A stretch of 60,930 bases of DNA, filler included. It is 14 parts of 14 records of this genome, joined end to end, with 100 filler letters (N's around TTAATTAATTAA, not from the genome) between each part and the next. Parts side by side here need not be neighbours in the genome. Positions count along the whole stretch, not along the records: positions 45,039 to 49,277 come from SRR7504441_18637; positions 49,378 to 52,717 come from SRR7504441_18638; positions 52,818 to 56,645 come from SRR7504441_18655; positions 56,746 to 60,930 come from SRR7504441_18663; 10 more parts are not named here. The stretch is one strand, 5' to 3'. Both the position numbers and the translations under genes were made by a program. Shown here piece after piece: positions 47,151 to 59,800 of this stretch. Each line of letters opens with the position of its first letter. Position 1 is the first letter of the stretch. The notes beneath the pieces were generated by a model. The model was given only the letters and a program-made list of their open reading frames with translations, had not been told where the DNA came from and made no database searches.

Positions 47151-49055
47151 ATGCATCGGGCCGGAGGTGCGCGCCAAAGCAAGTTCAAGCAAGGGATCCG
47201 GGCGGAGGACGGCCTCGCCAGGCACAGGTCGCCCCCGCCCCTGCACTCTGCGGATCCCCGGTCCGCAGGCAGGCCGCCCAGGGCCGGCGGAACAGCGGGC
47301 GGGAGAGGCTAGTGTCGGCCAAGCGTCAGCGGGCGGCCGAGGCCGAGTCCAGCTACGCCGGCAGCCTGGCCCAGCTGGTCCAGGGGATCGTGCAAGGTGC
47401 CAGCCCTGTGGGCCCGCCCAGCCGCCGGGGCAGCCCCGCCAGAGCAACGGGTTGGGCTGTTCGGCCAGCTGCGCGATCGGCTCGGGGCGACTGACCCTCC
47501 GATCGACGAGGCGCTGGCCGCGGGGGCAGTGCCAGTGCTGCAGCAGGCGGGCGGCTGGGCCCGGGCTGGCGTCAACGGTATGGCAGGTGCTCGAGGGTGG
47601 CCCGGCCGAGCTGGCGGTGGACGCGGCCTGGTGCGTGACTAACATCGCGGCCGGCACCCAGAAGCAGACCGAGGCAGTGCTGTGCACTGTGCCGGCGCTA
47701 GTGCGGCTGGTTGGGGCCGAGTGCCCGCTCCAGCAGCAGGCGGTCTGGGCGCTCGGGAACATCGCGGCCGACCATCACGTGTTCCGAGATGCCGTGCTCG
47801 CCCACCAGCCGCTCCCGCTGCTGCTCCCGCTGCTCCAGCCAGAGCTCGGCCCGATCTGCCTGACCGCGGCCTGGACTGTCACCAACTTAATCAGGGGCCG
47901 GGTGGGCTGCCAGCCGGCCAGCCAACTAGCCCGGACCAGGACCCGCCACTCACCCATTTCTTTGACTGTGGGGCCCCGGCGCGGCTAGCGGTGCTGCTCG
48001 AGGCGGATTCGCTCGAGCTGGTGACAGAGGTGTGCCCGAGCAGTTGGAGAGGGCCAGCAGCGCGGCAGGCGGCGTGGGGTTTCAGCTACTTGAGCGCCCA
48101 TGGGCCGGTGTTTGTAGCTGAGCTGCTCACTCAGGGGCTGCTCCATCGGGCGATCCAGGCGCTCGCCCGATGGCGGACGGAGGACCAGGCGTGCACCCCG
48201 CTGCTCCGGCTGATGGGCAATCTAGTGCGGCTATACTCGGGGTGCTTGACCGGGCTGCCAGGTCGGGGCTCAGCCTGAGGCGGCTGGTGTGATCATTGCT
48301 GAGCCGCAGCTGCTTGAGCACGTCAAGGCGTTGCTCGCCCAGGGGCACAGGGCTCAGCGGCGGGAGGTGCCGGGGGCGGCATCCACCGGGCGAGCCGGCT
48401 GCAGGCGGCCTGGCTGGTGTCGAATCTAGCGTGCGGTGAGCCAAGCCACGTCGACGCCATCCTAGCTGCCGGGCTGGCGCAACAGCTCGTGCATACGCTC
48501 CAGCACGAACCATTCGACCTCAAGACGGTTTCAAGCTCTTGGCGCGGGCCTCACGCCAGGGGCTGCAGGAGGCGTGCTTCGCTGTGGCTAACCTGGCTCA
48601 GGACGGGCGACACCTCGAGGCGGACTCAGTCCTGGCTGGCAGCGAGCCGGTGGCAGGCACTGCTGCAGGCCGAGGTGCTGCCTTGCTTCCTCGAGCTAAT
48701 GCGAGCCCAAGCGGTCGAGGCCGCCGACGCTGCGCTCGGGTTTGTGACCCAGGTGCTCGAGTCGGGCCCGAAGGTTGCGCCTTGGCATCTGCAGCTGCGA
48801 GAGGCTGGTTGGTAGGGTGTGGCAATGGTAGAGGCCGCCGATGGGATTGATGCAATCGAGGTGCCCTGCCTGGGGCTCGGTCGTTGAGCCTTGTCGTTTG
48901 AGGCGCTGCACTTCCATCCCAACGAATCAATTGCACGTAAATCGCGCGAGTTAGTGGATCAATATTACGGGGAAGACTACGGGATCGGTCCTGATGATGC
49001 AATAGATCTAGAGCCGCCGCCAACGTCGGAGTATCCCGCTTGGCGGCAACGATAA
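47151..49055 (+). CDS. Importin alpha (ARM repeats), IMPA9/TMCO6-like, about 10 introns
   Basis: Basic IBB-like start; AAWCVTNIAAG, AVWALGNIAAD, AAWTVTNL, AAWLVSNLACG; C-terminal LVDQYYGEDYG. Confidence 0.85.
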
Positions 49056-49377
49056 TGTCACAGCTGGCGTGTCGTTTGACACAAAAGATTATTATTTGTG
49101 TTGCTCAGGACTCATTATTACGTAGTCGAAGTTGTGAATGCTTTAATTAATTAATTAATTAATTAATTTGAAAGCGAGTACGCTAGTTGGCGTTATAGCT
49201 GATCATCATCCCCGCTACCAACTACGTCTGTACTTGAGCTTGTGATTCCGGGCTTCTCGAGCGTCGGACTAGCAGTCNNNNNNNNNNNNNNNNNNNNNNN
49301 NNNNNNNNNNNNNNNNNNNNNTTAATTAATTAANNNNNNNNNNNNNNNNNNNNNNNNNNNNNNNNNNNNNNNNNNNN

Positions 49378-49971
49378 GGAGGAGGAGGAGGAGGAGGAGG
49401 TTGCTCCCAAGCCACGGCCCAGCAGGAGCCGCGCACGTCGCCGAGCCACAAAGCCGAGCAGCCCGTGCAAGGCACTGTCCAGCAAGCCGGCCGCGCCGTG
49501 GAACCGGGACGCGCAGCGGGCGGCCGACCTCGTCCGGATGAGCGAGGCCCCCGGCGGGCTGCGCTGGCGCTGAGCGGCTGGCAGGTGACCACAAAGCTGC
49601 TCAGCTTCAGGGAGCCGCACGAGCAGCCCGCCGCGCCAGCAGCCAAGGTGCGGCCAATTGGGCCTAGCCGACACCGGCGTAGATCAGCAAGCCTGACCGA
49701 AGGTCGAACGCGGCACCGGAGCAAAAGGTTTGACCAACGGCTAAGGGTGGCAATGAGAGGAGGCCGCAGCTTGGTGGCGGACAGAGCCGGGGAGTGGCCC
49801 CGCGAGGCGAATTGGGCGCCGGGCTGCTATCGCTGCTGTCGTGGCAGGCACGGCTGTGAAGATGGCAGCGGGTTAATATGGGCTGGGACAGGGGCGATCG
49901 AGAACGGCTGGTTCGATAAACAACCGCGATGCGAGCTGCAAGCCACCGGTCCGGCAATTAGCTCAAGTTAA
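49378..49971 (+). CDS. Possible 3' fragment of an unknown gene
   Basis: GC-rich open frames followed by an AT-rich flank; no recognisable motif. Confidence 0.25.
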   Translation, partial: GGGGGGGGCSQATAQQEPRTSPSHKAEQPVQGTVQQAGRAVEPGRAAGGRPRPDERGPRRAALALSGWQVTTKLLSFREPHEQPAAPAAKVRPIGPSRHRRRSASLTEGRTRHRSKRFDQRLRVAMRGGRSLVADRAGEWPREANWAPGCYRCCRGRHGCEDGSGLIWAGTGAIENGWFDKQPRCELQATGPAISSS

Positions 49972-50291
49972 GAGGTTATGATGTGTGATCAATGATGTGT
50001 GTCTGCACTCCGGTACATGATTGTGATAATCGGTGCTACCCGCGACGTATATTGTACGCCGACGGTACTACAAGCCAATGATACTACACGAATCTTGATT
50101 ACACTTATAGATGAACAGAGTGATCTCGTGAGTGGGCTCGACAACATCGAGAGGTTAGCCTAGAAAGGCATTAGCAACGTAGCAAGAGTACATAGCAAGA
50201 GTAGAGTGCGAGTGCGCATGCATGCATATGCAGGCCGCGGATGAAGCTGATCCGAGACCCGTACTGTAACGGACATTTTGGACCAGCAGAG

Positions 50292-51121
50292 ATGTCGCAC
50301 GCTCTGCGGCGGCTCGGGGGCGTCCGCCGGCTGACCCGGTACCACACCGGGGAGCTTCTGTTCCAGCCGGGGACCCCGCGGGCGTTGGTGCTTCTCAACT
50401 CGCCGCTCGGCCCGGTGGGGCTGTTTGATCGGATCTGGCGGGCTGCACAGCTCCGAGTCTGCGCCGACGGCGGGGCCAATCGACTGTACGACAGCTTCCC
50501 GCCGGGCGAGCGGGAGCGCCGGCTGCCGGAGGCGGTGTGCGGGGACCTGGACTCGGCCCGTCCCGAGGTGCTGGACTACTACCGGGCCCGGGGGGTGGAG
50601 GTGGAACACCGGCCCGCCCAGAGCGCCAACGATCTGAACAAGTGCCTGCGGTACGTGGCCGACCGGCTGGACCCGGCGGGGGTGGTGCTGGTCTGGGGCG
50701 GGTTCGGCGGCAGACTGGACCAAACCATGGCCAACATCAACCAGCTCCACTGCTGGGACCGGCCCACTGCCGTCTTAATGGGCCGAGAGGGCCTGGCCGT
50801 GCTGATCCCCGCGGAGGTGGCCGCCTGCCCGGCCCGGCGCAGGGGGGGCAGGAGCGGTGCGAGCTGGTGCCGGATCGGGAGCTGGAGACGGGCGTGTGTG
50901 GCCTGATCCCGGTGGGTGAGCCTGCAGAGAGCGTGGAGACTGCCGGTGCTGCGGGCGGGGGCCGGGGGCGAGTGGGGGCAGGGCTGGAGTGGAACCTGAG
51001 CGGGGGCGGGCTGAGGTTCGGCGGGATGGTGAGCAGCTCGAACCGAGTGGTGGAGGACAAGGTGACGGTCAAGAGCTCGAGCCGGCTGCTGTGGTCGTCC
51101 TGCTTCGCCTGTAACCTCTAG
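50292..51121 (+). CDS. TPK1: Thiamine pyrophosphokinase
   Basis: VCADGGANRLY, GDLDS, QSANDLNKCL, GGRLDQTMANI, GLEWNL, FGGMVSSSN; two G-rich introns. Confidence 0.93.
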
Positions 51122-51231
51122 ACTCGACCACACTCGCGATGTTGCTTACATTTATTTAATCTATCTAAGGTGTTCAAGTGCGTAGACTACGTATATGTAT
51201 GGGTACATGGAGCTCTTCGGCCGGAGCTCAA

Positions 51232-51717
51232 TCACACGAGCATCGAGAGCGCCCCCACTGCGACCACCAGGAAGAACAGCAGCCGCAGGTCGCCGCCCCC
51301 GAGCAGAAACCCGACGGCCTGGACGATGAGCATCCACGGCAGCCGCTCGCGCAGCGTGAGTCCGTTGCTCAGACACCAGAAGGCCGCCAGCCCCGAGGCG
51401 GCGGGCCAGAACACGCCAGCCATGAAACAAGTGTACGCGACGTCGTCGGCCGCATTGGCGGCCTTGCCCAGCTTGCTCCCAAAGTAGCCGAAAGCGCCGC
51501 CGCCTCCTTTCACCGCCCCGGGGTTCGGGGTCGCTGCCCCGGAGTCAGCAGGCAAGCTTGGCCGCGACACACCGGGTCGGCAGCCGGAGCCGAGCAGCAC
51601 GCTCAAGCCGCCCACCACTGCCCAAATCAGCTCGGCGAGCATCCCGTACAGCCCGGCATAGTGGTATGCGGGCACCAAGGCCCCCACCACCAGCGCCAGC
51701 CCCACAAACCAGACCAT
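51232..51717 (-). CDS. Small multi-pass membrane protein of unknown function (start uncertain)
   Basis: Four to five hydrophobic segments. Confidence 0.4.
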   Translation of the reverse strand: MVWFVGLALVVGALVPAYHYAGLYGMLAELIWAVVGGLSVLLGSGCRPGVSRPSLPADSGAATPNPGAVKGGGGAFGYFGSKLGKAANAADDVAYTCFMAGVFWPAASGLAAFWCLSNGLTLRERLPWMLIVQAVGFLLGGGDLRLLFFLVVAVGALSMLV

Positions 51718-51835
51718 CAGGAAGCTTCGGATATCAGCTTCGGAGATCAGCCTTGGAGGAGACCCAACAACAGCCCTCCCACTCTCTGATGAACTCAGCT
51801 GACTGAAGCGGTTGGCCCGCGATGCCGTTCGCGCG

Positions 51836-52717
51836 ATGAGATCTGGACCCGCCTTCGCTCCCAGCGATGGGGTGCTGTCCCGGGCCGGCCGGGCGCGGGT
51901 GGAGTCAGGGCCCGGGCTGGAGCGGCAGCTGGCCGGCAACCGTCGAATGGCGGCTTCGCTGGTCCGGGCGATGCAGGCCGAGATAGAGTGTGTGCAGCGG
52001 AGCCCGGAGCCGGCCCGCGGGCTGGGCGAGCTTCGGGCCGAGCTGGATCGGATGGACCGGCGGGCCGATCCGGTGGACGCCGAGTGTGATGACTGGTGCC
52101 AGTCGCGGGGGCTGGTGCTGGCGCTGGACCCCGCGCAAGACCCGGCGCTCACCAGCACCGAGGCGCGGCTGGCGCTTGCCGAGAGCGAATTGGGTCAGCT
52201 GCGGACGGCCAGGGCGAGGGATCGGGAGCAGATGGAGCTGGCTCTGGAGCGGGAGCGCCAGACCCGCGCGATACATGAGCGGGCGGTCGCGGCGGAGGCT
52301 CGGGCAGAACGATCGGAGGCGGGCATGCGCCAGCTGGGACTGGTGGTGGATCAGATCCTGGAGGCGTCCAACCGGGCGATCGGGCTGAACCACTCCGAAC
52401 AGGGCGGCGCCGGGACGACGGCGAGTGCTCTCGAGTTCGCGTCGGCGGGTCTCAGGGCGGACCGGGCGGTTGTGATGGCTGCAGTTGAGTGCAACGGGAG
52501 TGCTCTCCAGTTCGCGGCCCCGGCGCTCAAGGACGACCGGGAGGTGGTCGAGGCCGCGATCAGAGACGACCCCGCGGCGGTGGCATTTGCGTCCGACCAG
52601 CTGAAGGCTGAGCTGCGGCCAGAGAGTGCCTGCCAGGCTGAGCAGATGGTGCAGGCTCGTATGGAGGGCTCCGTCAGCAAGGAGATTCAGGACGCGATCA
52701 AGGCTGGGCTGGTGGCG
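51836..52717 (+). CDS. Coiled-coil + DUF4116-like repeat protein, 3'-truncated
   Basis: ALEFASAGLRADRAVVMAAV and ALQFAAPALKDDREVVEAAI repeats. Confidence 0.65.
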
Positions 52718-52817
52718 NNNNNNNNNNNNNNNNNNNNNNNNNNNNNNNNNNNNNNNNNNNNTTAATTAATTAANNNNNNNNNNNNNNNNNNNNNNNNNNN
52801 NNNNNNNNNNNNNNNNN

Positions 52818-53913
52818 CGGCTATCAGCAGGGTGGTGTCACGCCGGTGCAAGGAGCACGGCCGGTGCGTGGCGGTGGACATTGGCAGCGGAACCGGGTTG
52901 CTGGCTATGATAGCCGCTGCCGCCGGTGCCTCTCCAGTGATTGGATTTGAGATGGTTCCGGTTTTGCACGAGGCAGCCCTCAGCATAGTCAAGGCCAACG
53001 GTGGCTGCACGAATGAGCTATGTAACGGTGGTGTGCAGGGTTTGAGGAGCAGGTCCAGCTGCACGGGATCCCGTCGACCCAGGCCTCGCTCGCGCCTGAG
53101 CACCGGGCCGATCTGATCCTAAGTGAAGTGCTCGACGACTTGTTGGTAAACATACTCTGTTTGGTCTGTCTATCTCAAGGCGTGTCAGGTGGGCGAGGGG
53201 GCGCTGCACTCGATGGCGCACGCCAAGCGGCAGCTGGCTAAACCAGACGCGGTGTTCCTGCCGAGTAGCGCCGTGCTGTACGTCCAGATGATCTATCTTG
53301 AGCCATTCGAAGGTGCCCCGCCCCGTGTGCTCTGGCAGCGGCCACCTCTGGTGCAGTGTGCGGCGTTTCGCTCGATGCGGTCAATGAAGCTTTTCAGCCA
53401 CACTTCCAGTGGACCACAGTGGCGGTGGATAGAGCTAGGCACCAGACCCGCTCCGACCCGCAGATAGTGATGACGGTTGACTTTGCGAACGCGGCTGAAA
53501 TGCTTGCTGATCCGGCCGGCAATATCACCCAGGTGTCGGGCACTCGGGTTGAGGCCGACCCGTGATGCTAGGTGCTGCTGCAAGCTACATCGAGCGGCAT
53601 GTGCAACGGGTTACTCTTTTGGTGGGATGTCCGGCTTGACGAAGCGACCCCGTGGTACAATAGCTGGTATGATATATGCTGATTCGGTGTGTGCAGCTGG
53701 ACTGGTCCGGGCTGCGCTCAAAACACTTGGAAGCCGATTGTGAGTTATGCTCCAGACACCAAGTTAGCAATGGGTGATTGCCGCCCTATCTGCGTTCGGC
53801 TTACCGACGCGCACCTCGATGTCATACCTCTATGGAAAGACGAGCACACTGGACGGATAGGCTTGCCAAGCTATGCCCCGAGTGCTAGTAAGAACTATCA
53901 AAGAACCGCGTGA
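52818..53913 (+). CDS. Protein arginine N-methyltransferase (PRMT7/9-like), 5'-truncated
   Basis: AVDIGSGTGLLAM; double-E loop ADLILSEVLDDLL|VGEG; intron-split. Confidence 0.75.
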
Positions 53914-54031
53914 CGTTACTATCTAGACTTGAGTTGAAATCACGCACACAACTGAATAATTGACACCTCATCGAGCTCTTGTTTTTTGGTGGGTGATCTG
54001 TACGGGATCCGGAACGAACATCAGCCGCACG

Positions 54032-55999
54032 ATGCAGGAGCTGGTGTCGCGGTTCTCGAAGGCGTGCCCTCGGGAGCTGCTGTACGCGCTGGCGGTCGGA
54101 TTCGTGCTTGGGCCGCTGCGCTGGCGGGAGGGGCTAGCCCGGGCCGCGCGGCTCCTCCCGTTGCTCCTGCTCGATCTACTGCTTCGCCCAGCCCGCCCCC
54201 CAGCGCCACCCCAGACGAAGCGCCGGCCGGTTGGGTCCCGGGCGACACTGGCCGAGTCGCCGAGCGGCGGGGGAGCGGACCGATGTGAACTGCTTGTATA
54301 CAATGTGTCGCACGCCGACCTTTACCTCGGGTATGGCCACGAGCAGCTCGCCCGGCCAGGGTTTAACCAATTCGACCAGGCGAGCCGGGCGCCCAGGGCG
54401 AGCACCAGCCGGGCGGCAGGTTGGCCGGGCGGTGCTGGCCTTCCTGGAGAGCACCGGGGACCCGAGCAGCCGGGCAGTATACCACCAGGCGGCCAACGGG
54501 TGCGACCAGCCGGGGCCAGCCGAGCCTCGGGCAGGACTGAGGTGCCGATCGGGTTCGAGGTTGAGGTCCGGGTGAGCCAGGACAAGCTCAGGGCCCGGGG
54601 GCGGCACGACAGCAACTGGAACAAGCTGCCGGTCGAGAGCCCGGACAGGCCAAAGCTGCAGGTGACTACTGTGTACCTGCCACTGCTCGCGATGCTCTTG
54701 CCGCGCTGGCTGGACCTGAGCCAGCACGGCGGATCGGTCACCCGGCGGTCGGTGATCCTAGTCAGCGGGGCCTCCACCCCGCGAAACCCGCACCACCGGC
54801 CGGCCGACAACTCGACTTGCTCTACAGCTCGGCTCTTCCAGGTCGCCAGAAAGCACTCGAGCTCGCTCAGCGGCTGGCCAGGTGTTTATCCAATGCTTCT
54901 TCCCGCAGATCAGCGTCACGCTGATCAACTCGGAGGAAGGCATCCTGCACTATGAAGACAACATGCGGCGCCCCCCCCCCTCCGGGCCGGCTACAGCTCT
55001 GGCAGGTTTGTTTTGCACACTCTCCGGCCTCACATCGAGCTAGAGCGGCGCGAGCTGGTCAAGCGGCACGGCGAGCGCTGGGCCGACAAACTCCAGCTCA
55101 CGCTCTCGCTGGGATCCGGCACACCGGCTAGAGTGGCCGCTATCAACGCCGGGCTGAGGCAATTCCGGCCGACTTGGCTGCACATCTGGCAGCCCAAACG
55201 ATTCTGGCATGAGTTCCCGCAGATGGCCCCGATCAGCGACGAGGACATCGACTATCACTCGTACTTTGACACCGAGCTGCTCCCAGCAACCCCGGCCGAG
55301 CTGTGCGAGCCTCAGGTACAGCTACTCATCGAGCAGATGGCTGCACACAGGGACAGATTCACTGCAGTGTGGGCCTCAGAGCACAGCTCAGAGCTCCGGT
55401 CCTTCTGGATTCGGAAGACCAAGCAGCCGGTGCTGAGCGTGCTGATGACTCAGCAGCAGGGCCGGCCACCCGACTTCCACTTTGGAGTCAACATGGAGGT
55501 CTCGATGCCGACAGGGTCGCTCTGCGCCGAGCGAAACGCGATCGGGAATGCACTGGCGGCCGATGCATCGCTCCAACGGCGGCACTTCTGCATGGTGGCC
55601 GTGCTCTGCATCCCGGACTATGCCGCGCTGCAATCGACGGCGATGGTCCAAAGCGAGAGCAAACCGCTAGACGGGATGAGCCAGCTATTGCTCCCCTCGT
55701 GCGCAGCCGACTTTGACCGCCCTCCGACCGAGAGCGCAGAGCCGACACAGCCCGGGAGCCCGACCGGAGAGCTAGTGAAACGGTCGCCGCGGTCGCCCAC
55801 GCTGAGGGAAATCAAGCCGGCGCCCGAGGACAAAGGACAGAGCGTGATCAAAGTCCGTTGGAAAGATAAGAACCCGCTGAGCCCGTGCGGCGCTTGCTCT
55901 GAGTGGCTACAAAAGCTCTCGGAAGTCAACCCAGACTTCAAAGTAATCACGTTCACAAGCATCGATTGCAGCCATGCCTACGTCAAGACATTCGTTTAA
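54032..55999 (+). CDS. Large cytidine-deaminase-like protein with extended N-terminal domains
   Basis: Zn motifs GSLCAERNAIG and PCGACSEWL; introns 54380-54419 (GC-AG), 54500-54534, 54842-54881, 54968-55005 (GC-AG) join the ORFs. Confidence 0.8.
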
Positions 56000-56171
56000 T
56001 GAATCACTAATTGTACCTTCCTTTGTACAATTCGCGGTGTCCGTAAGTAAATCGTATCCTCAGACATATGCGTTTGTAATGATGCAAGCATGGTCTTGCT
56101 ATATATGATCTTAGATACTCGCGATCGTATACCACGTGCCTCCTAGCTACTGCCTTCTCTTCGCGTACTCT

Positions 56172-56643
56172 TCACGGCACATCCAAGTCATCCTCGATTT
56201 GGCCGTCGGCCTGCACATCCCGCTCCGGCCTGTTGCTCGGCTGCTCGGCCTCCTCTGGCCGGTCGGCCGGTCCCTCCACCGTCGGGCTCTCACCCAGCTC
56301 CGGCCTGCCCCCAAGGTCCCCCTGAGCCTGCGCCGAGCCGCACCTCTCCCGAACCGGCTTCTGGCCGATCGAGCCAATATCCAGCAGCGCACCCTTGAGC
56401 TCCTGCCGCCTGGTCGGCCGCCTGAGGCCCAGCCCTCTACCGCATCAAGCTGGGCCCGGAAGCTGCCGCGAGGCGCCCGGTCCCCTCCGGCGTGGGGGCC
56501 TGCGTCCAGCTGGCAGACCTCGGGGTCAGCCCGAACCAGCGAGGCCCGGTCACCTCAGAAGGCGAGTCGTCCAGCCCGTCATCCCAGCTCACAGCGCCGG
56601 CCCCGGCGGCCACTAGAACTAGGAAGCAGAGACAACGAGCCAT
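56172..56643 (-). CDS. Small predicted secreted acidic protein
   Basis: Signal peptide MARCLCFLVLVAAGAGA; continues after a probable short intron. Confidence 0.35.
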
Positions 56644-56843
56644 TTNNNNNNNNNNNNNNNNNNNNNNNNNNNNNNNNNNNNNNNNNNNNTTAATTAATTA
56701 ANNNNNNNNNNNNNNNNNNNNNNNNNNNNNNNNNNNNNNNNNNNNCTACTTTTCATTAACTCTAACATCTCTAACAGAAGTATCAGAACTCAATTTTTAC
56801 TACAACCTCGACATCATCAGTTAATCATCAGTGGTTGTTTAAT

Positions 56844-59800
56844 TCATTCTGAATTAGTCATTGTGGTCATGACTTCAACAAACTCTTGAATGCTAACCAA
56901 CCCACTTCCATCCATATCAAGGCCTTCAAAAACCATTTGCTGATCTGCCGCGGAAAGTGCAATTCCCAATCTAGTGAGCGCTTCACTTAGATCTGTGAAA
57001 TTGATCTGACCATCCGAGTGCATGCCGCGATCAGACATGGCAAGAAACATGTCCTGGAGCCGATGTATTTTGTTGCCGTACAGCTCACGCTCAGCGTGTA
57101 CAGCATCTGCCATGTTTTGCAAGGCTGCCGCATAGCTCTTAAATTTGCTCAATGCTGCAACGAACCCTTCGTACGAAATGCCTTGCTTGCCAATATCTAT
57201 GGCATGAAACAGCTGAGAGGCCTCTTCATCTTTGATACCAAAATTACTGAGTGCCTCCTGGAATTCATCTTGCTTTATGACTCCCGAGTTGTTCCCATCT
57301 ACGACCTGAAATGCTGCACGCATGTCATTTACGTTGCTTTTGATCAAGGATCCAGAGGTGTCTTTCTTTGCTGACGCACCAGCTGCATACAATCGCCGAA
57401 GTGAACCCATCATCTGTGAAATCACTTTCCTTCGCTCTTGCTCATTGTGCGCGGCTCGAGTACGATGAACAGAAACTTTGTCGTGGCGCTCACCCAAGTA
57501 CTTGGACCCATACTCGCCCTGACGTATCGCCTCCCTCTGTCTATGTGCAGTCGCGTGCAGTGTCAGTGTCCTGCCAAACTCCTCCACATCAATGCTGCCA
57601 CTACAGTCCTCGTCGAGAGCGTTGAAGAGCACCTGTCCAACACAAAGTTTCAGCGTCCCCGTGATATACGTAGATGTCTAAATTGCAAACAGAATGGATA
57701 CGCATATGTCCAAACTCGGATTATAAAAAATAATTCAAAACGCACCTTCAACGATGCACTCGACATTTGGATTCCAAGTCGTTGAACCGCGGTGGTCAAT
57801 TCATTAAATGTAATCAGACCTTCTTGATCGCGGTCTATTGCTCTGAAGAAGTCATTTAGGCTCCTCATCTTCACTCCAAAGAGTGATCGACCTGATTGCA
57901 TCGCTACAACGAGCTGATTAGCTGTGCTTGCAAATGCTTTGTACTCTGAGACTGCAGCCACAAAGTCGTCATACGTACATTGACCCCTGCCAGTGCGGTC
58001 AATCGATGAGAACAGCTCATGCGCTTCAACTGATGACCAGCTTTTCTCTCCTAAATTGCGCAGTGCGACTGCAAGCTCATCAGCACTCAGGAGCTGATTA
58101 CCATCTGTATCCATTCTGTTAAATGCCTGTCTCATTTCGTTTGCTGGACAGCTGAGCATCTTGTTGTCGCCATAGTCAAGCAATTGGCACAGCATGCGCA
58201 TTTTAGAACACGTATCCTCCGGTCTTCCTTTGTTAACTCTTTCGTGTACTTTACTTTTGACGTGCATATGATTGTTTGTAGGTCTCGCTGCATGGTGGTG
58301 TTTGCCTTTGCCTTGCTCCATGGAACTTAAGCCAACGATCTCTCGCCCTCTTATGTTCTCAGGGGATGCACTTGACTTTCGCCAAGCAGCTTGGGTGTCG
58401 CCTGTCTTCCATCCGGAGCTCGTTTGAGCCCAGTCAATGCTTGATAGGCCCAGCCCAATCTGATGTTGTCTGCTAGGAGGCCGGACAGGAGCCAGCGGGT
58501 CTGGAACAGGCGCTGCGACAGGCTGTGATGCTGGTCGATGTGGGTTCCTTTTCTTTGGTCTTGGTTGTTGCGGGGCAGTCCGGCCCCTGTCAAGTGATTT
58601 GGACCGAGGCAGTTCACTGAGACACGGTGTCTCCACGCTCACACTTTTCTGCTTGCGACGCCATGCCACCTCCTGCTCAGATACCTCTGGAGTCGGTGAC
58701 GCTGAGCGGCTTCGAAGTGAGTAGGGCTTCAGGAAATTTCGAACCCTCTGCGATTGAGTTGCAACGCATATCATGCGGCTTTGCTCAGCTTCAGTGGCGA
58801 GAACATCACATGCCCATCTATTCAGCCAGCCACTGCAGCATTGAGTCAAGAGGTTTTGGACGCATGCACATGCTGGCAGAGTACTCCCTCCATGATTCTG
58901 CAGTTGCCTTGCTTGCTGAACCATCAATATTGCAGCTGACGGTGCCACTTGGCCCATTTCTTCTAAATATTCTACTGCAGCTGCGCAAAGCCCACTTTCG
59001 CCGAGCTCTCCTGCTCCAGCAGCATCATATTGTTGAAACTTAGAGCCCTCAGGCCGACCATATATCAGCCATTCGATGAAATGTGCAAATGGTGACCTCG
59101 ATAGATACATGCTCAGCTCATTCTGTGTTAGCATGCCGTCTCCGTTGCCTTGGTCGCCCACTGCTAGTACTCCTTGAGCAATTTGAGACGCATCTTCCCT
59201 CGAAAAGTGCTGTGCATCCTCACCTTCATGCCTGGTGAATGCTCTGACAGGGACCATTGGGGTGACCAAGCGCCCCGCTTTGTAGCGGCTGCATGCTGTC
59301 CTTAGTTTTGCAACCTGCTGAGCAGCTGCATAGACGAGATCTCTCTCGAGCAGACTTGCCATCTCTCCGAGCACTTTGGCCGAGATTCTGCAGAGCAGAT
59401 GCGATTGAGGAACCTCTGCCTTTGAACTCTTTTCATCAGCACTTGACTGGCTGTTACACCATGAGATTGCATCATCAAGCTGCGTCTGCAATGCGGGCGG
59501 GCCGCCTGTGTCAGCACAGAGCCTCTGCAGCGTTGATAGAGCCCCTATATGAGTGCCCTCAAACGAATTTTTGGAGATACGCGGCACAAATAGCCCGAGA
59601 GAAGACCTCAGGCTGGGAAGGGTGCCATCCTGTTGTCGTGCTTGCTTCTTGCGATGTAAAATTTGAGCCTTTAGCTCGTCTTTCACATTAGTTATGGCCA
59701 GCTTGACTCGAGATGCTCGATACAGGTACCGCTTCCTAGCTCGGTCCTTCTGGTGCTTACCAGTGAGGTCTAGGACCCGCTGTATTTGCATGGGTTCGTT

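Noticed and set aside
49143-49167. (TTAA)n run not flanked by Ns
   Set aside because: A simple microsatellite in an AT-rich 3' flank; no element structure nearby
5415-56745. Regularly recurring TTAATTAATTAA as a repeat, CRISPR or transposon signature
   Set aside because: Always centred in N-runs: an artificial six-frame-stop contig linker
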